This document shows positions 45,890 to 59,950 of a DNA stretch of 64,000 nt, in pieces (position 1 is the stretch's first letter; each line of letters starts with the position of its first letter). The translations under genes and the position numbers were made by a program. Source of the DNA: the human T2T-CHM13v2.0 reference genome, Homo sapiens. The stretch lies in NCBI RefSeq assembly GCF_009914755.1, contig NC_060931.1; one strand, given 5' to 3'. The notes under the pieces are model-generated. The model was not told the origin of the DNA. It searched no databases and saw only the letters and a program-made list of their open reading frames with translations.

Positions 45890-46029
45890 CATGGACTCAC
45901 ACACTATGTGACCTTTCGTGTCTATCTTCTTTCACTTAGCATGAAGCTTTTGAGGTTCATCCATGTTGTAGTATTTATCAGTGCGGCAGTCTTCCCTTTT
46001 CATATCTGAATAATATTCTATTATATATA

Positions 46030-46463
46030 CAGTTGACTCTTGAACAACATAGGGGTTGGGGCACTGACCCCCTGTGCGGTCAAAAATCTGCATGTATCTT
46101 TTGACTCCCCACCAAATTAACAACTAATGAACTACTGTTGACTGAAAACCTTACTGTTAACATAAACAGATGATTAACACATACTTTGTATATTGTATGT
46201 ATTATACAACTGTATTCTTACAATAAAATAAGCTAGAAACAAGATGAGCTATTAAGGCAATCATAAGAAGGAGAAAATATATTTACTATTCATTAAATAG
46301 AAGTGGATTATTATAAAGGTCTTTATTCTCATCTTCGCATTGAGTAGGTTGAGTAGGAGTAGGAAAAGGAGAGGTTGGTCTTGTTGCATGGGTGACAGAG
46401 GCAGTAGAATAGCTGCACGTTAGTGGCTCTTGGAGTTCAAACATGTTGTTCAAGGGTAGACTG
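46030..46463 (-). mobile_element. Tigger2a (MER28) DNA transposon, complete
   Basis: TIRs CAGTTGACTCTTGAACAACA / TGTTGTTCAAGGGTAGACTG, TA on both flanks, 434 bp. Confidence 0.92.
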
Positions 46464-46999
46464 TATATATCTGTATGCCACATCTATTTATTTGTTGTAG
46501 TTATCTATTTATTTGTGATTGTTATCTATTTGTTGATGGCTATTTAGGTTGCTCCCATCTTTTGGCTATTGGGTATGGTGCTGCCATGAACATTTGTGTG
46601 CAAGTATTTTTTGAATCTCTGTAACTAGTTCTTTTGGGTATATACCCATGAATAGAACTGCTGGGTGATATGGTAAACCTATATTTAACTTTTTGGAAAA
46701 CTGTCAAACTATTTTCCACAGTAATTGCATTATTTTACATTTCTACCAACAATGCACAAGTGTTTAAAGTTCCACACACTAACCAACACTTATTTTCTGT
46801 AGTTTTGTTGTTGTTGTTATTGCTATCCTAAAGAGTATAAAGTGCTAAGTTATTGCAGTTTTGATTTGCACTTCCCTAATGACTAATGACATTGAGTATC
46901 ATTTTATTTGCTTGTTTGCCCTTTGCATATGTTTCTTGGAGAAATTTATATTTAAGTCTTTTGTCTATTTTTAATTAAGTTGTTTGTGTATAGTTGTTT

Positions 47000-47110
47000 A
47001 TATATCTAGATAGATCTAGATCTTTATATCTAGATCTATCTAGATATATCTAGTATCTAGATATATCTAGTATCTAGATATATCTAGTTCTTTATATATC
47101 TAGATACTAG
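47000..47110. repeat. TCTAGA-rich inverted and tandem repeat
   Basis: 22-bp perfect inverted arms plus three copies of TATCTAGATATATCTAG. Confidence 0.9.
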
Positions 47111-48504
47111 TCTCTCATCAGATATATAATATGAAAATATTTTCCCCATTTTGTAGGCTCTATGTTCTCTTTCTTGGTAATGTTCTTTAATTCACAAAGT
47201 TTTTAAATTTGATGAAGTCCAATTTTTCAGTGATTTTTTTTGTTTGTACTTTTGATGTCATGTCAGAAAATCTTGTACCAAATCAAAGGTCATAAAAGTT
47301 TACTTGTATGTTTTCTTTTAAATGTTTTATAATTTGATTCTATATTAAGTTACCAGTCTATTTTGAGTTAATTTTGTATATTGTGTGTGGGCACATATCT
47401 ATATTTTTTATATATGGTTATCTAGTTGTTTGTCCCATCACCATTTTTTGAAGAAACTATCTTTTCCCCATTGAATTCTCATGGCATATTTGCTAGAATC
47501 TATTGGCCATTTATGTATGGGTATATTTCTGAACTTTTAATTCTATTCCATTGATCTATACAGTACATCCATCCTTGTTCAAGTGCCACGCTGTTTGAAT
47601 TTCTGTAGCTTTGTAATAAAAATGTTGATATTAGAAAGAATATGTCCTCTAGCTTTGTTCTTCTTGTTCAGTATTTCTTTAGCTATTTGGGTCTTCTTGC
47701 AATTTCATGTGAATCTGAGGATTGACTCTTTCATTTCTGCAAAGAGAAAAACCTTATTGAGATTTTGATTGGAATTTCAGTAACCCTGTAGGCCACTTTA
47801 AGTAGCATTGCCATCTTAATAATAAATCTTCTAACTCATAAATATATGTTGCCTTTCCACTTATTTGGATCATTAATTCTTTTCAAAGTTGTTTTGCAAT
47901 TTTCAGTGTAACAGTTTTGCACATCCTTGGTCAAGTTTATTCCTAGAAATTTCGCTCTTTTGGATGTAATTGAAAAAGGAATTGTGTTCTCGATGTTATT
48001 TTCAAATTGTTTTATTGTTACAGTTTAAACATACAACTGAATTTTATGTGTTGATTTTGTACATTCTATCTTTGCTAAATTTTGTTTATTAGGTGCAATC
48101 ATTTGTGAAGGTTTTTTTTGGTGGACTCTTTAGAAATTACTGCTGATTTTTAATTCAGTAGATTATTTTGACTATTTTCGAGCAATAGGTAAATATAGCC
48201 TTTTTGAATTTAATCTTACATGTTTGGCATTTTTGTTGAATATTATGTTTTTGAGATTCATCCTATTCCCCTATTCTTTTCTATTGTTTCAGATTGTTAC
48301 CTTAATTGCTGTATATTTTACATTGCTTCAATATATCCCAATTTATTTATCTAACCTATTGTTGATGTCCTTAAATGGACATATCGTTTTAAGATAATGC
48401 TATGTATCAAAATTTCCTTTAAAGTTGCACATTTTGTGCTTTGTGAAATTGTCAATTCCTATGTCATGGGGATGTACTCTATGGATCCTGGGAAGTAATA
48501 ATTC

Positions 48505-48922
48505 TGTGGTAGGCTGAATAATGGCACCCAAATACAGTCATCCTCTAATCCATAGAACCCATGAATATTACCTTCTGTGGCAAATGTGACTTTTCATATG
48601 TGATTAAGTTAAATATCTTCAGGTTGAGAGATTACATTTGAATTATGTAATCTCTCATAGAGTTGAATAAACAGTGTGGACCCTAAATGTAGTCACAGTG
48701 TCCTGACAGGAACCATACAAAGAGAGATTTGATGAAAGTACCAGATTTAATGACAGAAGCAAGAAGTTGGGCTAATTTGAGAAAAGAAACATGAGCCAAG
48801 GAGTTCAAGCAGCATCTAGAAACAAGAAAAGGCAGGAAAAAAAGATTCTATTCCTAGAGCTTCCTGAAAGAACCAGCCCACCAACACTTTCTCAGTCAAA
48901 CTGATTTTAGACTTCTGGCTCC
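48505..48922 (+). mobile_element. MLT1D MaLR LTR, 3'-truncated
   Basis: TGTGGTAGGCTGAATAATGGC...ATGTGATTAAGTTAA...CATGAGCCAAGGA...GATTTTAGACTTCTGG. Confidence 0.85.
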
Positions 48923-49299
48923 CACTTTAACAGGACATATCACGTCTGTATCTCCAATTCCAATCCTGCACCTAATCATCCTCAAAATGTTAAGAGTACA
49001 GCGATCTGAAAAATGACTTTGAGTCTTTTTGGGAAATAATTGAATTCTTCCTCTTGAGGTCTTGGCCACCTCTTCTTTGAATAGGTAATAAGATTCCAAA
49101 CTAACCAAGGTCTGGGATTTAGAAATCTTTCTGATTCTTGTTTACCTCTTTACCTTCTTTCCATCAGCACTCTTATTAGCTGTCCATCTATTTTGCCTAG
49201 TAATGTCATGTTCTATTGACTACCTTCTCAACTCTCAGTGTAGCAGAGCTGGTCACATTGGCTATGTGGAGGCTTCAGATGGGCTCAAAAACACAGACT

Positions 49300-50325
49300 C
49301 TCATTTACCAAGTTTGACATAAAAGCTTCTAATTCTGGATTTCTAATCTAACAGTAGCAGAGATTAAAACTGACCCTCTAATATTTAGCTCTTACTAAAA
49401 GACCAACAGTCTATTTGGTAGCAAGCTTGTTATATTGGATATCTTGTATCCTGATAGGTTCACAGGTTTATTAAAAATATATGCTTATTTATAAAATGGG
49501 TTTAACATTTCTGCCTGCAAAGCTTGAGCCAAAACCATTATCTGGATCTTAAGGGGTAACTGAACTATAGGTATTAGAATCCACATAACATCTGACCAAA
49601 GACTCAGTTCATAGTGAAGGATGTGTGGGAGTGGGCCCATTACCGTGGGACATTTTTTGTATCACATATTTCACTATTTAGAAACTGTAGTCTGGTAGAG
49701 AATTGGAATAATCTTCTGAAGGTACAGCTGAAGCATTAGCAAGAATGGAGTGCCATTGTCTCTATGGCATTGTGTCCCCAGTGGGAAGAAGGCACAGGTA
49801 GTAGAACTAACATGTGAAAGCTGGGGTGGTCCCAATTATCATCATTAACAATGTGCCAATGGGAGACTTCGTGCTTTCCATCTTCACAGTTCTGGGTTCT
49901 GCAGGGTTACATGTCCTGGTCACCAGAAGGTGGTAAGCTGTTATCAGGGAATATAACCAGGATTTCATTGTGCAACAAGCTCTGGCTGCTGAAAGAAAGG
50001 TCACAATCATGTAAGAAGTAATTAGCCCTGAATGCAGAAAGAAGTAGGGCTACTGCTGCATATGGCAGTAGGGAGGAAAACAATGGGTATTCTTGGTACT
50101 CCCTGTCATGGCTGTGACTGTAGATGCACAAGTGCAAGAAATCTAGTCAGATAAAATCATGTGTTCCAGGGTTACAGATGCCTCAGAAATATAACTTTGG
50201 GTCATATCATATGGTATTTACCATATGACTGACACATACCAACTGACACAAGTAGAAGTAATAGGATAAGTTGAGTGGAATTCAGAGTGGACAGTGGAAA
50301 AGGGAGAATTTGGCAGGGGGAGGGG
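49300..50325 (+). mobile_element. ERVL/MaLR-class internal relic with integrase remnants
   Basis: 49590-49740 resembles decayed SDQGTHF...WAH...ERWNGLLKAQL of ERVL integrase; purine tract GGCAGGGGGAGGGG at the end. Confidence 0.6.
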
Positions 50326-50329
50326 TGTA

Positions 50330-50600
50330 GGGTTTTTTAAAGAATTGATTCACATGATTATGGAGGCCAGCAAGCCCAAAATCTGCAGTACGGACTGGCA
50401 GTCTGGATAACTGAGAGCCCATGCCTCAGTTCAAATCCAAAGGCTCACTGCTGGCCGAATTCCTTCTTCTCAGGGGAGGTCAGTCTGTGTTCTATTAAAG
50501 CCTTCAGCTGATTCGATGAGGTCCACTGATATTTTGGAAGTCAATCTTCTTTATTCAAAATTTACCATGTTGATATCATCCTGAATAAAACACCATCACA
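50330..50600 (-). mobile_element. MLT2-type LTR fragment
   Basis: AAGAATTGATTCACATGATTATGGAGGC...CCTTCAGCTGATTCGATGAGGTCCAC. Confidence 0.75.
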
Positions 50601-51191
50601 GACAATTATCCACAATAATGTTTAACTATCAAAAGGTCTCATTCCCAATCAACCTCTTGATTCTAAATCTATTTTGTTATCTTCCAAGAGGACCAAGTCA
50701 AAACCAAAAGAACAATAAAAATGATTATTATTGGTAAGTGTTCTGTAAGCGTAGGTAAAATCATCATAACTATTCCTAGAGAGAGACAACAAAAGGTGAT
50801 GATAGCCGTACAAATTTATGTTAGAGTTACTAATACTGGCAATTAAAAATAACTGGGAATTAGAGACAAAATGTGGAAAAGAAAGGTGAGACAGCCAAGT
50901 AAAAAGGTCTCCCCAGAGAACCTCCAACTGGCCTGTGCACTGGGAAAAGCTATGGAAGTTCACACCATTTGCAGAGGGGAGGAGCCCAGCCTTTTGAGTT
51001 CCTATGTGGTGGGGTGAGAGCTGGTTAACAGGCTTCCCTGTCACTTTTAGCAAAATTTTTCTCCTTTTTCATTTTTGCCCAATAAATTCCATTTTTCTCA
51101 CCCTTCTATGTGTCCATGAACCTAATCTTTCCACGTCATCTGACAAGAACCTGGTTTTTAACTGAACTAAGGAGAAAGTCCTGAAACATTT

Positions 51192-51209
51192 TGGCACCCC
51201 ACATGGGAC
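51192..51209 (+). other. Primer-binding site, tRNA-Lys-like
   Basis: TGGCACCCCACATGGGAC vs TGGCGCCCAACGTGGGGC (4 mismatches, 2 at CpGs), 3 nt after the 5' LTR. Confidence 0.65.
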
Positions 51210-51892
51210 TTGAGAAAGGGTTAGTGAGACGCAAACCAAAAAAATCTTTTTCTCTTTTGCTTCTAAGCCTCTTTTCCCTCGGACTTCTTCTGAGGGTAAA
51301 CTATGCTGCCACCTTCCATTGCTCCTGGGGGTCATGAATGTTGACCTCAGTCCAACCAAGTCTTTCCGTGGCTGTTTCCTTCCTTTTTCGGGAGATGGGT
51401 GAGCAGTGGCTCTCCACCACCCTCCCCTCCCTGCCAGGGCTGGGACACATGACACAAGGGCCCCTGCAACTATCTGGTGTTTCCCACCACACACTTGGGG
51501 GTCTCCCTCTCCCCAGTCCTGGGAATTCAGCTCCATCCCAGAGCAATTAAGCTTTTCTTCCTGGTAAAGGAACCACTTGCATAAGAATAAGAAGTTCATC
51601 CCAGGGCATCTTTATCTCTACCCTGTCAGCCGGTAACTTTTAAATGAGTTTTTTCCTTTGGAAGACATTTTGGTGGGCCAAGAATGATTGGGACCATGGT
51701 TCATATTCTCTGTAGAGTTTTAATTTTAATTGTGAAAAAGGATTTGTGAAGCTGGTCTCAAGGTGTAGCCAACCTCCTGTGCTTTGCATGTCTTTCTGTA
51801 TGGTCCATAGCAAACTTTGCTGCAGGCCTCCATCTTGTTTTACATCCTGGGGGCGTGGCCTGTAACCCCGTTGCAGCGCTTTGTTTAGCGTC

Positions 51893-52245
51893 TGTATTAG
51901 TCTGTTTACAGGCTGCTGATAAAGACATACCTGAGACTGGGAAGAAAAAGAGATTTAACGGACTTACAGTTCCACATGGCTAGGGAGGCTTCAGAATCAT
52001 GGTGGGAGGTGAAAGGCACTTCTTACATGGCAGTGGCAAGAGAAAAATGAAGGAGAGGCAAAAGCGGAAACCCTTGATAAACCCATCAGATCTCATGAGA
52101 CTTATTCCCTATCACAAGAATAGCACTGGAAAGATCGGCCCCATGATTCAATTACCTCCCCCTGGGTCCCTGTCACAACACATGGCAATTCTGGGAGATA
52201 CAATTCAAATTGAGATTTGGATAGGGACACAGCTAAACCCTGTCA
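51893..52245 (-). mobile_element. THE1 (B/C-like) solo LTR nested in the provirus
   Basis: TGTATTAGTCTGTTT...GCTGCTGATAAAGACATACC...GGGACACAGCTAAACCCTGTCA; flanks GCGTC/GCTTC. Confidence 0.92.
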
Positions 52246-53248
52246 GCTTCTGTGCATCCAGGATTCAGTTCTGGCTTAGAAAATCAGTCCTATCTGGTCT
52301 GATATCTGCATGACCTTTTGCTATTTGTTGATTTTCTTCCCCTTCATGAACAGGCAGAAATATTGACAACTTGTTGGGTAATAAGGGAGATAAAAGGATT
52401 TTCTTAAGAAGCTCTCAGCTTAATTAGAAGTAGATATCCAAGTTATAGTTAGATGTAAAAAGCCTCTATGTTTTCTTTTTATTGGACCTTGTTTTGCTGG
52501 AAAAAGGATTTTTTTCAGTCAACGGTATTATTTTTCTCAATTTTTCCTTGCCAATTTTACTGCACACATGAGAGTGGAGAGACCTTTGGTTTCCTCATGG
52601 AACCCCCAAAATTAAAAGCAGATAGAGCCCTCTCCCCATGATCAAACATCTTATGGCAACTGTTTTAAATGTTTTAAATTAGATTAAATTCTTCTGCCTG
52701 TCTGTGTAGTTGTATATGTGTTGTGTATGTGATGTCTATAAAAAGAGCCCTAATTAATTTGGCATAAAGGAAGACAAGTGCTTGGATCAAATATTTTTTA
52801 AGGGGAATATAAAAGCTGTGGTACCTTTCAATTCATGTGACTTTAATCCTTGAGAAATAAAAACAGCCTTAAAGATTATTGGTAAAATGCAGGTGTCATC
52901 AAAATATAAATAGGTGGACTAATTTTTGCAGGTCAGATGCAAGGTTTTTAAGTGTTTTGAGGTTATAAACTGCTTTTTGGTTTTTGAGAACTGTTCAACT
53001 TGGTAAGGCCGGGGGACATATGAAATTAACCACAACCTTAATTATGCTGCAAGGAGTCAAACTTTGGCTGCACCTAGCACACGATCAAAACACTTACTAG
53101 GGTTTACATTAAAGTTAAAAACTGCTAAAAGTAACCATTAGGACATGCAATTGAGACTCCTGGAAATAGATTTACATGTGAGGTGTGTAAGGTCAGTAAA
53201 ATGTGTTTTTAATAAAAGATTATCAGAAGGCATAAAAATGTGAATACT

Positions 53249-53541
<293 letters not shown>

Positions 53542-56500
53542 AAAAGTGTAAATACTTGCCTAGGGTTTAAAAAATATTTTAAATTAGATAAGATAAAGCT
53601 AAAAGTTCAAACAAGTGGTGGAAGGATTGTAAAAACTAATCTTGCAAATATTCTGTGTGTGAAAATATTGACTAAATTCAAAAGGGTATTATATGTTTTT
53701 TCTGTAAATTGAGCATTAAAATAAAAGCACAAGGTACTCTTAAGGCACTAATCTGCTCTTTAGAAAAATTTGTAAAGGGTTTAAAAGGGTTTTTTTGCTT
53801 TTTAAATTTTTCTTAGTCATTATTTTGGCAAAAGAAATAACTTACGGTAATCTGGAATTTTATTTCATAGCACCAAGTGTTTCACAACTCTACCATATTT
53901 AACAGGCTTCCAAATATCAAACTTCAGTTTCAAAATTGTCTTTGCTCACACCTGGCTTTTCAGATACTTCAGGAGGGCCCCTGGAGAATCCAGAAAAGAG
54001 AGGTAAACAGAATTATATAACATGTTTAGGTACATGGGGTTGCCAAAATGGTGTTCAATATTCTTTAGGCTTTATTTTGGTGAATAATATTAATATAGTG
54101 AATAATATTAATATATGTTCTAAAATTTTATGGGATTTCCAAAATTCTAATGTCTGAGTATGTGCTATCAATCATAATTAAGGTTGTTATGTTAAGTTAT
54201 TGTAAACCACGGAGATAACCAAACTTCTTTGTCAATTGTGTTTCTAACTGTAACTACCATGGACATTTTGTTATTCACAGACAATTGTTTTCTTGTTTGG
54301 ATCCTTTTAAAAAGATGGTTTATAATAAACTATAGAACATTGACAGGTGCTCTCAAACATGGATTTCTGATAACTTTGAAGGTTATAACATTGGAATGAA
54401 GAAAAAATATACAGGACTCATGAAGAGCTGAAATGTTCAAGAATATCAAGCAAAATAAGAGTTATCTAAATGGACTGAACTCAGAAAGCCAAAGCAATCT
54501 TTTTGACATTTGTTTGGAACATTACTGATCCTGTTTTGTTTTTCAGAGTCAAAAAAACTTATTCTGAACAATTTATGGCCTTTAATAATTAAGTAAGTTA
54601 TATTCCTGTGAAAAAAATTTGGATCATGTTTTTTTCTGTCTGCCTGGTTCCTCTAGAATTTGAAAACTAAATGTGAGCATTCTTAACTTATGGCAATAGA
54701 GTTGTTTGCCACGAGTGCAGTAAGAATCTACTTTTCTTTTGTAACAGGACACAATTGGAGAAACTGGTTGTTTTACCAAGGCTATGACTAGAAGGGTATG
54801 CTTCCCTTTAGGGAGTCAAGCTCAACTTGCAGAGCTGACAAAAGCCACTTGGGGAAAAAACAACCTCATACCTTAGCCTATACAGACCCTATACGGGGTT
54901 TCTGACCCATAGTCAGTAAAGAATGTCACTTTCTAACAGGCTCAGGAACTCCAAATTTTTCTTGAGATCTTAAGAGGAGAGGATCACACAACTCTCAGGT
55001 ATGGGAGGATACAAACCACGGCTGGGCTCTGCTTTAGGAGGTCTTATCTGAGATTCCCTGTGGAACAGTGTTCCATCAAAGCCGATCTAAAAGGCCTATG
55101 TAGAGATAATTATTCTTGCTGCACTTCATGCAAATAATCAGGCCAAGTACAAGACTAAAATCTGTTTTGCAAACAACTCAGTCCTATCATGATATCTTTT
55201 TATTAGCAAAAATGAGGGCTGGAGAGAGAGAAATTTTGTTTCAGAGCTTATTATACAGGTGTCATTAAATTTTAAACTCAGTTGTTTTTAAGTTTTTGCC
55301 TACACTTTAGACTAACCCTGCTTATCCCTGTGAACCAACCAGCAAACTCTGGCTGCAGCTCAGAAGGAACAAGAGGGCTGGGTAATGCAAAAATCTGGAT
55401 CAATATTCTTGTTCTGAGAAATTATCCTGCAAATCCTGCCAGATGATGGGAATAAATAGGGTGCCATAATCTGGAGGTTTCCTTTTTGGGAAAGTAAGAC
55501 CGAGGGAGCTAACCAAAGTCAAGCACCATGCACCCAAATTTTAGTAAGAATAACTATAGCCACCAGTTATCTCTGTGTCACAAGACATCTTTTTCTCTCT
55601 CTTATTGGAAGAGGACTCAATTCCACAGCTTCAGCGTAGCATTTGGCTTATGATAAGTAGGCTATGCAATCCCCCTGAGACACTTTTTTGTCTCAAACTC
55701 AATTCCAAGATTTGGGTCAGAGCCCTAGGAAAGAAAACTGGATCTGAGGTATCCAGAGGCAGATGATAATGATAGTTACAGGCATTGCACAGTTGAGTAT
55801 AGCTGATTCCTGCCAATTAAGCCAAGCTTCTCGTTTCACGGATAAAGGCCACACTCATATCCATGGCATAAATGAGGTCTAGGGAATTCAAGGCTGCTGA
55901 CAGTAGGTGAGATAGGGTGTACGTGAGTAAGAGCAGGTATGCCCACCCGTTAACATGAGTGAAAATTGCTTTAACACCCATAGGTGGCACCCTGTAGAGG
56001 TTGCCAGGAACCGAGGATACAAGGAGGAAGGAAAGAAAAAGGAGTGCCTCACTTTCCCTCCGTCACATACCCCAGGTATTTGTTAGGGAAAAAAAAGGAA
56101 CCAGGGATGCCTGTTCTCTTCTTTCTAGATGGATAGCCATTCATCCAGTCTGTACCCCTTTTGAATGCATCTTGAACCTCTGGGACTCCTTTGAAAAAAC
56201 ACCTTCTTTTTTCCTTTCCCTCTTCTGTCTTCTCTTCACAGATAGGTAATTGTGTCTCCATACTAAGGGACATTCTCCTCAGATGCAGCCTCCAATCTGG
56301 AAAGGGTTAATTTCCCAAACCTTAAACTGGTTGGCTTAGGATTGGGCTCAGGGGAAGGGAACCCAGAAGCATGATATGCCAGCAAAAGGATAAAATTTTT
56401 TTTTTTTTAACCAATCGGGACTTTGGCCTCCCTCTCCCTGTGTAAACTGGTAAAAGGCCTGGGGATCTTTGAGCTGTCCTCACCTCGCCCTTGTTTCATT

Positions 56501-57411
56501 TTGATACATGTTTTCTAATAATCCAGTTAGTCACTTCTGACTTTCAGGCCATCAGGTTCCAAAGGGTCATGCAACTGGAGCTTTGGACAATGGCCCCTTT
56601 TGCCTGAGATCCTTAAATAGGCCTCTTAGAGAACTATGACTGCTCTTTTCCCAAAACAGTGCCCCTTGTAAGCAGGAAGCAGTTAAGATTGGTCTTTGTC
56701 CTTATCCTTGTTTGTACTTCTTTAGAGTGGGGAATGAGACAGCCAAGCAGAAAGGGCTCCCCAGAGAACCTCTGACTGGTCTTGCCCTGGGAGAATGGGG
56801 TGGAGCCAGGGAAGTTCACACCGTTTGCAGAGGAGAGAAGCTTGGCCTCATGCATTCCTGCATGGTGAGGCAGAAGCCAGTTAACAGGCTTCCCTCTCAC
56901 TCTGCTGAAAGTTTTTCCCTTTTTCCATTTTTGCCCAATAAATTCCTTTTTTCTCACCCTTCTAGATGTCCACAAGCCTAATATTTTCTGGTCATGTGAC
57001 AAGAACCTGGTTTTTAGCTGAACTAAGGAGAAAGTCCTGCAATAGAGGAAACCTAACTGCTTTTATAAAAGCAAACAATAATAAAAAAAAACACCCTTCA
57101 GACTTAAACAATTAAGTTATAAATTCTGACTGCCATTACTAAATCAATGGTCTTCTGCCTCTCTTACATCTGACAAGATTGATGGTTTTATTTTCTAAGA
57201 TGTGTTTCTATTTTCAAGACTAACCATGTTATTTATTATTTCTTGAATTTAATTTTTAGAGAGCAGTTTTACCCCATTTATCTAAATTTACCCCTCAGTT
57301 CTGACCAGATTGGTAAGAAGAGCTGGGGATGGTGATGAGAACAGTCATCAGGTAGGCAGAATCATATGAAAACCTTTCCAGGAATGGGTGGAGATGGCTT
57401 TCTGTTTTCTT

Positions 57412-58728
57412 TCTGTTGTTGCTGTCGTGGTGGCAAGAACACTTAACTTGAGATCTACCTTCTTAACAAATTCATAGGTACACAATACACTATTGTTAAA
57501 TACAAGCACAAGATTGTACAGCAAATCTCTAGAACTTGCTCATCTTACATCGCTGAATCTTGAAAGCCACTGAAGATCAAACCTCCACCATTTCCCCTCA
57601 GCCCTAGCACTGCCAACTGCCCTATTACTCTGTTTCCCTGAGTTGGATTAGTTTACATATCTGGTGGAAGAGGAATCGTGCAGTATTTGTAGAATGGTTT
57701 GGAGATTGGTTTATATTACTTAACATGGGGTCCTCCAGGTTTATCCATGCTGTCGCATATAGCAGGATTTCTTTTATTTTTAAAGCTGAATAATATTTTA
57801 TTGTAGGTATATACAACATCTTGTTTATCCACTTATTCTATTGATAGATATTCATGCTGTTTCCATATCTTGGCTGTTGTGAACAATATTACAATATACA
57901 GGAGTGTACATATCTCTTTGATATTTTCTTTTTAATTATTTTGGATATATACCCAAAAGTTGGATTACTGGATCCCACAGTAATTTTATTTAAAATTTTT
58001 TAGGAAACTGCATAATATTTTCCATAGCAGCTGTACAATTTGTCATTCCTATCAACAGTGTATAAGGATTCCAATTTCTCCTCATCCTCATTAAAACTTG
58101 GTATCTTTTTAAAACAGTAGCCATTATAACACATGAAAAGTGTAATCTTACTGTGGTTTTGATTTGCATTTCCCTGATAATTAGTGATGTAGAGCATTTT
58201 TTTCATATCTTTTGGTTATTTGTATGTATTCTTCAGAGAAATGTCTATTCAAATATTTTGCCAATTTTTAAATCAAGTTATTTTGTTATTGAGTTGCAGA
58301 AATTTGTAGTGTATTTTGGATATTAACACAAATATCCAAATATTTGTTTACAAACATTTTCTTCCATTCTGTAGGTTGCCTTTTCACTTTGTTGATTGCT
58401 TTCTATGGTGTACAGAAGCTTTTTAGTTTGAAGTGTTGAAGTAGCCCCATTTGTCTATTTTTGCCTTTGTTTCTTGTACTTTTGTGATCATAACCAGAAA
58501 GTCATTACCAAAATCAATGTCATAAGACTTTTTCCCTGTTTTCTTCTAAGAGTTTTGCAATTTCATCTCTTACATTTACATCTTTAATCCAGTTGGAGTT
58601 GATTTCTGTGTAAGTTATTAGGGCACATTTTATTCTTTTGCATGTGAATATCCAGTATCTAAATATTTGTTGAAAAGATTATCCTTTTCCCATTGCATGT
58701 TCTTGGCTCCTTGTTGAAGATCATTGGC
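57412..58728 (-). mobile_element. L1MA8/9-type LINE 3' portion
   Basis: AAGAACACTTAACTTGAGATCTACC...TTGTACAGCAAATCTCTAGAACTT 3' end motif. Confidence 0.85.
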
Positions 58729-59759
58729 TATGGAGTGCAGTAAATAATGCACTGGGCTTTCAGAAGCTTGCTGTGTTCTAAGCATAGAAAGAACATTCCC
58801 TCTAGTGTACAGATGTACCATAATTACATAGGATATTTTGTAATATTACATAGAAGACAAAAATATTACATAATTACATAGAAGAGAAAAACTAAGAAAT
58901 GACCTAGGTAAATGATCTGCAACAACTTTCCCCCACTTCTCATTTTACCAACTCTGATTAAAAAGTTACAGCTAGGAAAACATCCACTCTATTAATATAA
59001 TTATAATGTTCCCCTTTAGGCCATTTAAATCTTCTTATTAAATGTACAAAAATGACACTTTTTTCGTGCAAAAATATAATGTTATAAAAGATATACCTTT
59101 AAAAGTGGAAGTCTTTCATCATCCATCTCCCAGAAATAACTACATACATCAATGAACTGTATATTATTCAAGAATTGTATTTATGTGGTAATATAATTTG
59201 CATTAATACCTAATTTTATCCAGAAATGAGGACATAAATATATGTATTACTTTACAGCACTTAACTAAAACATACAGGACAATTTGTTTCATGTTAGAAA
59301 ATGTAAATTTTAAAATTATTTTTTATGAATTTATAATATTTCTACACGTTGATAGAATGCAGTTCCTAAATATAATTTATTATGATGTATGTGCTAGTGG
59401 TTTTATATTTCTGGTTTTGTACTTTTACGAACATTTTTGTTTAGAAGCCTTAAAATGTGTGGATGGCCTCATGACTGTGTGGTGGTGCTAGTGCAAAAGT
59501 CTTGCTGTTTCTTCTGTATATTATCCATATTTGGTTGCTGTATCTGAGGGAGTTGTACCCAATTGCTTCAATGGCCTCTATTGTAATTATCATAATAATC
59601 CAAAACATAGAGAAATCCAGGAGAATGCCTAGAGCCAAACCTCTGCTTGATGCCAGAGATCACTGTTCCCCAGTTCAGTGCTAGTACTCAAATTTACTAA
59701 AATTTAACTGAGTCTTTTTATCTACCTCATGGTGATAATCCTGGCAATTATGATGACAG

Positions 59760-59950
59760 GGACTATTTATTGAGTACCTAATATATTAGTATCATATTTT
59801 AATTAAATATTTTTACTTTCTTAACATGACAAACCAATGAAGGGATCTATTACTAACTCAATTTTACAAAATAAAAATATGAAGATAGAAGAAACTAATG
59901 CTGTTGTTCAGGATTAAATAATTAGGAAGTGGTAATACTGTGATACAAGC
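59760..59950 (-). mobile_element. MIR
   Basis: TATTTATTGAGTACCTA...CTATTACTAACTCAATTTTACAAA. Confidence 0.55.

Larger units (their letters stand above)
45240..48110 (-). mobile_element. L1MB-type LINE 3' portion carrying a VNTR and a Tigger2a
   Basis: CACATAAAATCAATCACTTTAAAATGCACAATTCAGTGGC 3' end and continuous antisense ORF2 motifs. Confidence 0.85.

Noticed and set aside
45255-46009. Three overlapping long hydrophobic ORFs and a CRISPR-like regular repeat
   Set aside because: The ORFs result from a stop-free minisatellite; units are head-to-tail with no unique spacers, there are no cas genes, and the context is eukaryotic L1
51069-51599. 176-aa minus ORF
   Set aside because: Antisense to the ERV LTR/leader; no retroviral or cellular motif recognised
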